64,000 nt of DNA. Origin: Eledone cirrhosa. Taxonomy: Eukaryota. Positions 1 to 11,975 of this stretch are shown here, one piece after another (positions within the stretch are counted from its first letter, which is position 1; each line of letters opens with the position of its first letter). Location: NCBI GenBank assembly GCA_964016885.1, contig OZ024744.1, positions 21,266,001 through 21,330,000 on the forward strand, in the 5' to 3' direction. Made by a program: the position numbers and the translations under genes. Under the pieces are notes generated by a model, which did not search any database, was not told the DNA's origin, and saw nothing but the letters and a program-made list of their open reading frames with translations.

Positions 1-210
1 TAGATAGCAAGACAGAAAATTAAGTAGGAGAGGGTTCCATTTTCCAGTCAATGACTGCCAAAATATCTCTAGGAAAGCTGGCTAAAATAACAGTATATGT
101 AAACATAAAGGAACGTCTAGTAATATAGGGAAACTATCTAATTGATAAATTACAGCAAAGTTGTGATCTGTTTACAGAAAAAGATATATATATATATATA
201 GGAACGAGTA

Positions 211-653
<443 letters not shown>

Positions 654-716
654 GGTGTCGCAGTTCTTCTGCTTTTCAAAAGTAGAATTGAGGGTTTGTG
701 GTATTTCTCACATCAC

Positions 717-915
<199 letters not shown>

Positions 916-1498
916 ATAAACACAAAACGTGTTTGTATTGTAAGAGACAAAGTTAGCTAGCATGAAATAAACTAATTAAAGTGAATACAATTTGTCTGTC
1001 TCGATATAAGTCAATAAAGACAAGCTTATATTGGCAAAAGCCGTGATTCCTGGACAAATTTAAATTTCAAAATCCAAACCCGCTCCGTAGATGAATTTGA
1101 ACTTCGAAACCCAAATATGTTTCGCAACGATGGTACATGAATTGAAAAATAAAGAGAATCGAAATGGAATTTAAATAAAAAGTGAAATATCCAAATCTTC
1201 TGTGCTTATCAACAGGATCCAGTAAAATTAGTACATTCCACCTTCAAAAATGTTGCAGGTCTGATTATATGTGGTGTAGCCAGCTATACTAGCCATCCCA
1301 TATTCCCGGTGCTAGAAATAACAGCCGTTTATACGGGATAAAAGATCATCTCTACAGTTAAGGAGCAATATACTGTATTATATTTAGAGATTAAACTCAT
1401 AGTCGTTTACAATTAATCAGCTCAAAGAAAGAGGCATTTCTGAGCATTTCTGAGCAGTGAAATACAAGTTATATATTAATATATATATAACTTATATA

Positions 1499-1773
<275 letters not shown>

Positions 1774-1775
<2 letters not shown>

Positions 1776-2155
1776 TATGTATACGTACATACATATATGT
1801 ATACAGACGTACAGTAGTATGTATATATATATATACACACATGCCCACATATATATATGTACGTATGGATTCACCAAACATTTATTATAATGCTCGGTGT
1901 ATTTGTAAACAAACATCCTGTATTAAGCCGTAGTGTCTGGCAACCACCGTTGCTCGTTTGTTCAACACTGACAAAGGAACGCTGTACTAGTTTCAAGCTT
2001 GTTAGCTATCGTCAGCAACGTATACCTTCCTGCCAGATTGTTGAACGTCTGTATACATATACGTCTGTATACATATATGTATGTACGTATACATACTAAT
2101 ATTTAAATAACAGCCGTACTAAGAGTGGGAAATGAAATTTCGTTTCATTTTTTCC
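1774..2155 (-). mobile_element. Penelope-like repeat, family H1 copy 1 (hammerhead-bearing, with internal inverted repeat)
   Basis: Perfect 38-bp inverted repeat 1774-1811/2060-2097 encloses a hammerhead motif. Homologous to 9431-9815; segment 2098-2155 is the reverse complement of 9431-9490. Confidence 0.65.
1979..2021 (-). ncRNA. Minimal type-I hammerhead ribozyme motif
   Basis: Minus strand reads acguug-CUGACGA-u-agcu-aaca-agcu-u-GAAA-cuag-UA-cagcgu: 6-bp stem I, 4-bp stem II (U-U at 10.1/11.1), palindromic stem III ACUAGU, GUA cleavage triplet. Confidence 0.75.
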
Positions 2156-2477
2156 GTTTATATATATATATATATCTAATCTAATCTGGCCGAGTTTAAA
2201 CTCGCAAATAAGAAGAACCAGGGCCGCCACTAGGAGCATTGGATTTGGTGTACTTCATATTTGTTTCGGTTGCTGAATACAATCAGGGGTAGCTGCTTCA
2301 ACTGAAGCTCAATAGTTCTCTTCTAACTCGAGCGGGAGCACCTTTCCATTGTCAATTTACATTGATCATCTGTAAAGCCACATTGTTCTCAGAACCACTA
2401 CACCAGTCTTTCGATGCGTGCAACTGGAACTATTGATTTGGCCCATTGATTTGGCCGATTTTCTTTTCTTTTTTTTA

Positions 2478-2665
2478 GATAGCCGTTGACTTTTATGAGT
2501 TCTTCCGCCCTTTATCAGGTTTTGTATTTTGTCTTGTAGGGTGTCCAAAATCACTCCCTCGCCAAGTAAACTTGGTGGGGTTGCCGGTTTAGTCGCCGTC
2601 GACTTGACCATGCGACAGGTTGTACTGGGTTACATGTTACCAGTAGCACTCGAGGGCGACCTGAC
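2478..2665 (-). mobile_element. Short interspersed element family S, copy A (structured 5' core; possible non-autonomous RTE derivative)
   Basis: Shares the core tgctactggta(a/c)catgtaacccagtacaacctg..catggtc..gactaaaccggc with 6624-6968, 10466-10628 and 16841-17137. Confidence 0.7.
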
Positions 2666-2793
<128 letters not shown>

Positions 2794-3359
2794 GCGACAC
2801 ATACATATCCATATGTGCATATATATATATATATATAAGCACTTATGCATACGTGAACAGACATGTACACATAGACACAAAGGTGCACACACACTCACAC
2901 ATCAATTGACGTTTATATTCTATAAATATATTTGATTCAACCACCGAACCAACTTATTACAAATAACTCTCCTATCAGAGAGAGGTGCTGTACCCCAGCA
3001 AATTTTATGAAAGGTGGGTGAAAGTGGCGAGAATGGCCCGAGTGAATGGGCCTTCTCTCTATATCAGCCTGTAGGTTGAGGAAAAAGAGGAAGAGAGGAA
3101 AGGAGTACAAACTCTTCGTACTCCTGGAGATGAGGGTTGCACATTTTTTTTCGGGGGTATGTGTTACCCATATGAAATGTCTCCCCCTATTGGGGAAAAT
3201 CGACTAATTTTTAAATTACATTTGTGATAATATTTTACACGTTTGTATTGTATGTAAACTTCCCCCTTTGTATTTGTCCCCTTCTTGTGTGCCCCTGTGG
3301 CTAATAAAGAAACATATCATTAAAACTTCAACAATTTTGTCTCGCAAACAGATATATTG

Positions 3360-3513
3360 ATAGATAGATATATACATACATATGCATATGTGCTTATATG
3401 TATATATGTATAAGCTTAAAAGACGGTGAACTGGCAATAGATAGATATATACATACATATGCATATGTGCGTATATGTATATATGTATAAGCATAAAAGG
3501 CGGTGAACTGGCA
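3360..3513 (+). repeat. 77-bp tandem duplication spanning a SINE 5' junction
   Basis: 3360-3436 and 3437-3513 are near-identical; both end in g(a/g)cggtgaactggca, the SINE head. Confidence 0.85.
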
Positions 3514-3811
3514 GAATCGTTAGAACGTCAGATATTTTATAGTATTCATTCCAGCTGTCTGCTCTCTGAGTTCAAATTCTGCCGAGGTCATCTTTACCTT
3601 TCATTCTCTCGAGGTCAATAAAAAAGTACCAGTCTAGTACTGGGTTGATTCTTCCTCTATATCTCTTTCTCTCACTTTCTCTCTTTGTCTGGAAGAAATC
3701 TGCTGTTCTCAGGCCAGGAGAGGGATGGGATCCGCCAAAACTGAGAAATGCCCAAGAAACGCTGTATGTCAATACGACGCCCCTACGACTCTATCAGGAG
3801 TTACGGCACCA
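3499..3811 (+). mobile_element. tRNA-derived SINE, subfamily with long 3' extension
   Basis: A-box-like tggcagaatcgttag, B-box gagttcaaattc, core ctttcatt..gaggtcaataaaaaagtaccagt; 3' part matches 6295-6622; followed by a (CA)n tail. Confidence 0.85.
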
Positions 3812-3880
3812 TACAGACACACACACACACACACATACACACACACACACACACACCACACAGCACACACACAGAGACAG
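3812..3880. repeat. (CA)n microsatellite
   Basis: Seen directly. Confidence 0.95.
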
Positions 3881-4233
3881 CGTAACACATATATAAAAGA
3901 AATACTCAATACCATACGATATAGTAAAATACGTAATAGAAACTTTACTCCGACACCCGTTCCCATATGCCGTACCCACCCTGTATACCCTGCCCTCTTA
4001 ACCAAAAATAGGAGGAATTATCACTCGATCCTACGCGATTCTACACCTACTTATATTTTTTTCTTCTTTCTATCTTTCTATCTTTCTATCTTTCTTTTTT
4101 TCGAAAGACTAAGTTAGAAAGTTTCAAATGTCCGCCATTTGATTCACCCTAGCAAAGGAGTGGCATATTAAGCAGAGACAGAAAACTATTTAAATCTCTA
4201 ACAGGTTATTCTCTGACCCGGCATTATATAACT

Positions 4234-4887
<654 letters not shown>

Positions 4888-5099
4888 GGGAGGGTGAAAG
4901 ACTGAGAAAGAGAGTTAGTGGAACAAATGGCTGTGAAAGTGCAGAGAAGGATAGCTTCGCCTGTGGCCAGATGTTAGTTTAATACATAACACGTAGCCTA
5001 TAACATAGTTTCATAGTCTCCCTTTATAATATATGAGACGACATAGAAATGGAAATTGTTAAAAGTGTAATGCATAATAATTATTATACATTGATGGAT

Positions 5100-5312
5100 A
5101 GGCACTAATCGGTAGAGCGTCGGACAACCGCCTTCATGGCAGAGTGTTACGGCCCTTTACGTTCTGAGTTCATATCCCGCCGATTTTAACTTTGCCTTTC
5201 ATCCTTACGGCGTCGATAAAATAAAGTACCAGTAATGTACGTGGATCGATTTAATCAACTTTCCCCTCCTCCAAAATTACTGGCCTTGTCTCTACAGCAG
5301 AAACATTTATTA
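5100..5312 (+). mobile_element. tRNA-derived SINE
   Basis: gttctgagttcatatcccgccg..aactttgcctttcatccttacggcgtcgataaaataaagtaccagt..ggccttgtctctacagcagaaac plus ATT-rich tail. Confidence 0.85.
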
Positions 5313-5385
5313 TATATTGATTTATTGGGGACAGATGTTGTAGAGTTCTTCCTCGTCACAAGTCCCAATCAATCAGTATACAATT

Positions 5386-5640
5386 GTTGCTTCTAATATA
5401 GGCAGAAGTCTAGAAATATATGTGTGTGTGTAGATGTGTGTGTGCGTGCAGGTGTAGGTGCGTGAGTGAGAGGAGTGTGTTATCGATTAAATCGAACCCA
5501 CTACCGGATTGGTAGATTCTTTTATCGACTCCTGAAAGGTAAACTTGCACTCTACAAGATTTGTACTCAGAATGTTAAGAGTCGGATTAAACATTGCCTA
5601 AAAATGTGTCGGATGCTCTACCGATTCGGCCAACTCCCCG
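5386..5640 (-). mobile_element. tRNA-derived SINE, degenerate, with internal (GT)n
   Basis: Reverse-complement motifs tttatcgac..gaaagg, atttgtactcagaa, ctctaccgattcggcca. Confidence 0.7.
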
Positions 5641-5664
5641 ACTTTACATTTTTTTCTAATAAAG

Positions 5665-5785
5665 GTTTCTGATTTAAGTACAAAGACAACAATTTTTTGA
5701 GTGAGCGAAAAGTTGATTTAATCGACCCCATTGCATTACTGGTACTCATCGAGATTTAAACTCAGAATTCAAAGGGACGTAAACA
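5665..5785 (-). mobile_element. Internally deleted SINE fragment
   Basis: atcgacccca..attactggtact followed by gatttaaactcagaa..aaagggacgtaa. Confidence 0.65.
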
Positions 5786-6294
5786 TCTATATCTTACAAT
5801 GTTGTTGTTTTTTCCGAAGACTGTAGATTTAAGGAAGATCGTTCTGAAGACTGTGATTTAAACTGGCTCCATCCGGCCAGAATTCTCTCACCTCTTTCTG
5901 TTCAAACTGGCCATAAATGGCCGATCATACTGACATTGAAGTTTTGTTCTCAATCTCATTGATTCGATATAATGTGAGATAGTTATATAAGATAAAGACT
6001 TTACTACAAAAATACAATAGTATATATACAGTAATGTAAATGTTAAAGAGTTAAGGAAGATTTAGCTGTTATATCGCATATATTCTATCCACTAGAAAAA
6101 GCAAAAATGCGTCACCTTCGATGGAGGGATAACTCAAGAAGATCTAGCTTTTGTGCAACCTCATAGAACCTTCCTTGTTTTGTTCATAACTCATAACGTT
6201 GGTGTTTCACTTGTTAATCATAATCCCCCGACTTGAATTTTATATAAAAACAATTTTCTCATCCTGATTTAAGTGGGTTTACATATCAAATATA

Positions 6295-6622
6295 GGCGGT
6301 GAATAGGCAGAGTCGTTAGAATGTCGGATAGAATACTTTATGGTGTTCGTCCGGCTCTCTGCTCTCTGAGTTCAAATCTCACCAAGGTCAACTTTTCCTT
6401 TCATTCTTTCGAGGTCGATAAAAAAAATTACCAGTCTAGTACTGGGGTCGATTCTTCCTCTATATCTCTTTCTCATTTCCTCTCTCTCACTTTCTATCTT
6501 TTTCTGGAAGAAATTTGCTGTACTCAGGCCTGGAGAGGGATGAGTTCCGCCAGGCTTTAAGAAATGCCGTATGTTAATACGGAGCCCCTAAGACTCTATC
6601 TGGAGTGACGGATATACATACA
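6295..6622 (+). mobile_element. tRNA-derived SINE (same subfamily as 3499-3811)
   Basis: ggcggtgaataggcagagtcgttagaa..gagttcaaatc..gaggtcgataaaaa..taccagtctagtactgggg..tctggaagaaat..ctcaggcc..gactctatc. Confidence 0.85.
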
Positions 6623-6623
6623 T

Positions 6624-6968
6624 ATCAAATCCAATCCAGGGCCATCTCACTCCTGTTGGAGAACCCCTCCATGGTTGCTTTAGGCTGCTTTCAGTTTGTT
6701 TGTTGTTCTTTTTGTTGTCATGCCAGGGGTGTAGCCGTACTCACCATGCTTGGTGATATTATCTAATCCATAGTTAAAGTGGATGGCCGTTACTCTGAGT
6801 AGTCTATTCGCCCCTTTAATAGCTCTTGTTTTTTTGTGCAGCTTGGGTTCCACTTAACCTCCTCAACAAACTATGGTGTAATGGGTTAGCCGGTTTAGTC
6901 ACTGACCACTCGACTATGAATCAAATTGTACTGGGTTACATGGTACCAGAAGCAGGAAGAAACCTGAT
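6624..6968 (-). mobile_element. Family S, copy C (near full length, (TTGGA)n-like tail)
   Basis: Core at 6885-6967; 3' end atccagggccatctcactcctgttg matches 16855-16878. Confidence 0.7.
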
Positions 6969-7147
6969 ATGAACATTTTTAGAAAACAAATAATTCATTC
7001 AAACTCTCTTTTGTTAATGAATGAAATCACAAAACCATAATACTGTTAAAACTACAAGAGACAACATCTCAACCACCACAAAACCATGTTTTGTTACTGG
7101 TATCAGATTATTTTAGTAACTTATATCAATGTGTGATTCATTTACAA

Positions 7148-7285
7148 GGTGGCAAAATGGCAGAGTCGTTAGAACGTCAAATAGAAAGCCTTCCGGTATT
7201 CGTTTCGGCTCTCTGAGTTCAAATCCTGCTGACATCAACTTTGCCTTACATCCATTTGGGGTCAATAAAAAAGTACCAGTCTAGA
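7148..7285 (+). mobile_element. tRNA-derived SINE, 3'-truncated
   Basis: tggcagagtcgttagaacgtc..gagttcaaatcc..aactttgccttacatcc..ggggtcaataaaaaagtaccagtctag. Confidence 0.85.
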
Positions 7286-7419
7286 TAACAATTAACATAT
7301 TACAGAAATCCTCTCCATTCTAACAACTGACCGATAAATAAAAAAAAGGAGTACAAATCTTTATAACATTTTACATAATTTAAAAAATATTATTTTTTTA
7401 AATTAATTATTTATTAATG

Positions 7420-7805
7420 GAAATTTAATAGAAAAAGAAAAAAAGAAAATTTAGATTGAGAAGAAAGAATGGAATGTAAAATAAAAGAATATATAAAAAA
7501 CAAAAAGGGGAGGAAATGACAAGGACTCTAGTATCACAGAAGAATGGGGTTGAGTTTGTGATTGGGCTCTGGGTCTATGGCGCGGCGATAAAGGGGCTGC
7601 GTCCTGCGAATATGACCATAAAGGCATTCTTGCGGAGAATGGCCAGCGACATCCATGCAACAGCCACCTCACCTCGCTGAGCTTCTTCTTCGGCCGCCGA
7701 CGTTTCTATCTTGCAGAGGAGCTAGACAGTGTGGTGTCCAAGCACGCCTGATGTCGCAACGGTGACTGGTGCGAAGAGGAAGTGGTCGGACTATCCCCAG
7801 TATTT
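7420..7805 (-). pseudogene. CRE-clade non-LTR retrotransposon 3' fragment (decayed ORF end plus 3' UTR)
   Basis: Minus translation KYWG*SDHFLFAPVTVATSGVLG..WLL..SLAILRKNAF..AP* (stop 7575-7577) with stops and frameshifts; homologous to 18320-18845; pyrimidine-rich UTR. Confidence 0.75.
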
Positions 7806-7927
7806 CTATGTTAGAAATATATATTTAACAATACTTCACCAAGAAACACTAACGTGTCACGGTATGAATGTGTGGGATTTATGGAAATTATGAATCCGTA
7901 CAAGTATTTATGTATGTGGATGTGGCG

Positions 7928-7961
<34 letters not shown>

Positions 7962-8001
7962 CGATATTAATAAATGGAAACTATATTTATAAAACCATAT
8001 T

Positions 8002-8066
8002 TATTTCATTATATATATTTCAAGGATACCAAGTTACATTATGGTATGCCTTCATCAGACAAAATA
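8002..8066 (-). ncRNA. Minimal type-I hammerhead ribozyme motif
   Basis: Identical in reverse complement to 8335-8399. Confidence 0.78.
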
Positions 8067-8334
8067 CAATATATAACAGTTTTATAAATAGACATTGACG
8101 TACCCCTTTAAAAATTGACCGTTGTTTTTGGAGGTCATCAGGATAGTGATTTGTTTACTTTAGTAAGTTATAGTGTTAAGAGTAAGTAAAAAGTTGGAGA
8201 GAGAGAGAGAAATGTGGAGAAAAGAAAGGGAAAGATAGATAAAGAAAAAGAAGAAAACAAAAAGAAAAGAGAACAGAGGAAAAATAACGGGGAGATATCA
8301 AACCATCAGACAGAGAAAAAACTGTTATATATTG

Positions 8335-8399
8335 TATTTTGTCTGATGAAGGCATACCATAATGTAACTTGGTATCCTTGAAATATATATAATGAAATA
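8335..8399 (+). ncRNA. Minimal type-I hammerhead ribozyme motif
   Basis: uauuuugu-CUGAUGA(8343-8349)-aggcauacc/gguauccuu stem II-GAAA(8380-8383)-uauaua-UA(8390-8391)-augaaaua: 8-bp stem I with two G-U pairs, palindromic stem III AUAUAUAU, AUA triplet. Confidence 0.78.
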
Positions 8400-8526
8400 A
8401 ATATGGTTTCATAAATATAGTTTCCATTTGATAATATCGTATATCTACTCCAAATTTCTGTCGATTGCTTTATATCAGTTATAAAAATATTTGCTTGTTG
8501 TATCCCAACAATTTAAATAAAACTTT

Positions 8527-8765
<239 letters not shown>

Positions 8766-9125
8766 TCGTTGTGGAATTGTGTGTCGATAAAGTTTGGGGT
8801 AGTTTTGTTGTGTGTCTTGGTCTCTTGGTAACAGAGCTAATATAAGTGAAACATGATAACCATATAGATAATAAATCACTCATATATTTCAGTAATGAAA
8901 TTCCTGCATGAATATGGCTTAGAATTTTCAACACCCAAAAACCCATTACTATGGTAGCTGATAAAATATATATAAAAATGACAAACCTGGCCCATGTATT
9001 TCACAGTTATAAAGGTATGTATTTTTATTATCATTATCAATAGTTTTCTGATTTGATCGCTAGAGTGATATAAGTTAAAAACTATCTGCTGCCATCTTGA
9101 AAAATGTTTGCCAAACGGAACAGTA

Positions 9126-9284
9126 CATATATATGTATATGTAAATCTATAAGTATATGTATATTTATATGTATATGTATATGTGTATGTATATATATAT
9201 ATGTATATGCATATGTATATGTATATGTATATATGTATGTATTTATGTGTGTATCTATATATTGTATATATGTATATATGCAAG

Positions 9285-9365
<81 letters not shown>

Positions 9366-9372
9366 CATATAC

Positions 9373-9404
<32 letters not shown>

Positions 9405-9425
9405 GTATATATATATATATATATA
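9126..9425. repeat. (AT)n / (ATATGT)n microsatellite
   Basis: Seen directly. Confidence 0.96.
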
Positions 9426-9430
9426 AGTTG

Positions 9431-9539
9431 AAATAAAATGAAAACGAAATTTCATTTCTCACTATTAGTACGGCACTTACTTAAATGTAAGTATGTGTGT
9501 ATACGTACATACATATATGTATACAGACGTACAGTAGCA

Positions 9540-9587
<48 letters not shown>

Positions 9588-9815
9588 CAGGTACACATAC
9601 ATATATGCACGTATCAGTTTAGCGGGCGCTTATTATAACAGCGCTTTGTTCGTTTGTAAACAAACTGAACAGCCTGAATTTTTATGCCGTACGGTGTTAA
9701 GGCAACCACGTCACCTTTTTGTTCAACACTGACACAGGAACGATGTACTAGTTTCAAGCTTGTTGGTTATCATCAGCACCGTATACCCATCTGCCAGATA
9801 GTTGAACGTTCGAAA
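9431..9815 (-). mobile_element. Penelope-like repeat, family H1 copy 2
   Basis: Collinear with 1774-2050 (gtatacagacgtacagtag, tttgtaaacaaac, ttgttcaacactgaca..tgccagat.gttgaacgt). Confidence 0.65.
9740..9782 (-). ncRNA. Hammerhead motif with degenerate stem II (probably inactive)
   Basis: acggug-CUGAUGA-uaaccaacaagcuu-GAAA-cuag-UA-caucgu: core, stem I and stem III intact; stem II has two mismatches relative to 1979-2021. Confidence 0.6.
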
Positions 9816-9875
9816 GTATATACTTTCCTTATGAAAATTAACGGCTGAGCAGCCTAATTTGCATATCGAGTGAGC

Positions 9876-9893
9876 TATATATATATATATACG

Positions 9894-9973
<80 letters not shown>

Positions 9974-10010
9974 TGTTTGCATGTATATATGTATGTGTGT
10001 ATGTATGTAT
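9876..10010. repeat. (AT)n microsatellite grading into (ATGT)n
   Basis: Seen directly. Confidence 0.95.
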
Positions 10011-10465
10011 GCGTGTTTGTACCAGAGTTTTCAAGTCACTGGCTGGACTAAAAAGTCACACTCGTTCAGCGCATCGGTAGGGGTTCTCCTACACGGATAT
10101 AAAGTAGTGGCCGTACTCGAAAACGAGTTAGCAGCCACCATGTATGTATGTGAAAGGCCCCCTGTTGTTCTCACAACACTTTTCCAGGTGAGGGAAACTC
10201 TGAAAAAACCCCTACGGCTTCGTAAGCATCCGATGGTGTTGACCAGTTCTCCTTTTTAGGTAATGTTTTCGATGCTCAGTTCTCCTTTTTAGGTAATGAT
10301 TGGATGAGTGCAAGGGTTTTCCCCACTTATAAAACCTTCAAAGCACAGGCATTGCTTGTTCAGGATCTGTTACAAGCGATTGCAATACTCTTAGCAGAGT
10401 CTGCATCCCTAGTGTATGTACGTATATATTTATGTATATATGTATATATGTTTGTAAGTATGTAT

Positions 10466-10628
10466 CCATGTAACCCAGTGCAACCTGTCGCATGGTCGGG
10501 TCGTCGGCTACTAAAGCGGCAACCCCACCACGTATACTTGGTGGGGAGGGTGATTTTGGACACCCTGCAGGTAAAAAAAAAAAAACATGACAAAGGGCGG
10601 AAGAACTCATAAGAGTCAACGGCCATCC
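10466..10628 (+). mobile_element. Family S, copy B (5'-truncated, opposite orientation)
   Basis: Near reverse complement of 2478-2636: catgtaacccagtgcaacctgtcgcatggtc..gggcggaagaactcataagagtcaacggc. Confidence 0.75.
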
Positions 10629-11579
10629 AAAATATATAAACAAGTATATACATCTATGCATGTGTATGTGTGTATATATGTATATACATGTATGCATCTG
10701 TATGTATATGTACGGGGGCATAGAAATAATTGGGCTGGATACACGATCGCGCGGTTAAACCACTGGGAGTGAAGGACCCCTAGCCTTTCTCAGGGCATTC
10801 TTCTAGGAGAAGGCAACTCATGAAATAGAGATAACTCCGACATAAAACCTGCGGCTCAGTAGTTACCGATGATGTTGATCTTTCTTCTTTTCGGGTTATA
10901 GCTACTGTCGCTCAGAGAGTGGGATTGGTTCAGTGTACAGTCTTTCCCCACTTTAAAAAAATATTTAGACACAAGCATTGCACGATAGAATTAATTAATA
11001 ATTATTATTAATGGTATATCGTGCAATGACCATACTCGATAACGAGAGGGCAGCCATCATCATGTATGTATGCAACGTAAGAAGGGTGTATATACAGCCT
11101 GACATTGTTGACACATTGAAAGGAACTAGAAATTATTATTAGCTACTAGCTGTAATCCGGCAGCCGGTTTATTGTTTTTGTTACCATATTCTAGGCTTAC
11201 CCCATGTCTAGTGAAAAACAATGCTTATGACTTTCGAAACGAAACAAAATAATCAATAATTAGGAGTGATTTTGTAATATAACTAATTTTGTCATTATTT
11301 GTCTGGTATATGTAACAACTACTTTGGCAAAAGTTATTACATTGATTTCTGATGGAACATTTTTGGATAAACAGAAACAATTTCGAATTAATAGTTTTCT
11401 AACAAGAAGAGTTTTACTATTTCTTACTGTTATGCATGTTCAACGGAGTTAACGCTGTTGCTATCATTTAGACCAGCGGTCACCAACCTTTCGGACCTCA
11501 CGAACCACTAAATTCATAATTTTAAATCTCGCGGATAACTAATATGAATTTTAAAAAAGAGATAAATACATTTGATAAT

Positions 11580-11772
11580 TGTTTCTACTTTAGGCACAAG
11601 GCCAGCAATTACCCAGTTCATTACTGGTACTTTATTTTATCGACCCCGTAAGGATGAAAGGCAAAGTTAACCTCGGCGGGAGTTGAACTCAGATCGTAAA
11701 GGGAGGTAACTATGCTGGAAAGCATGGCGTCCGACCCTCTACTGATACTGCCAATCGACCGCCCTTACGGTC
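11580..11772 (-). mobile_element. tRNA-derived SINE with 16-bp target-site duplication
   Basis: TSD aaatacatttgataat at 11564-11579 and 11773-11788; core actggtactttattttatcgaccccgtaaggatgaaaggcaaagtt. Confidence 0.9.
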
Positions 11773-11975
11773 AAATACATTTGATAATGATCAGAGAACT
11801 CCATTTTATTAATATGAAATGCGCCTATTAATTATAGCAAAATTATAAATGCTTATGTAATCATAACAAAATTAGAAATGCTTATGTAATCATAACAAAA
11901 TCTTTAAAGCTTGTTCAAGTGTAAGAAAGTTATTAAAGTTAGTTTATTACAAAATAATTTAAGCATATTTAAGTA

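Larger units (their letters stand above)
7957..8444. mobile_element. Penelope-like pLTR remnant, family H2: 127-bp inverted repeat with 234-bp spacer
   Basis: 7957-8083 is the reverse complement of 8318-8444 with 3 mismatches; each arm contains an identical hammerhead motif. Confidence 0.8.

Noticed and set aside
2960-3200. GC-richer segment with small hairpins (ggagtac..gtactcc) as ncRNA or promoter
   Set aside because: Single copy in the window with no recognisable motif; probably unclassified TE debris.
8110-8141. Third hammerhead in the IR spacer (minus-strand CTGATGA at 8141-8135)
   Set aside because: No GAAA or stem III downstream; at most a degenerate relic.
11146-11167. Second Helitron 3' end (actag..ccggcagccgg)
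   Set aside because: Only a 4-bp hairpin and no matching 5' TC end identified.
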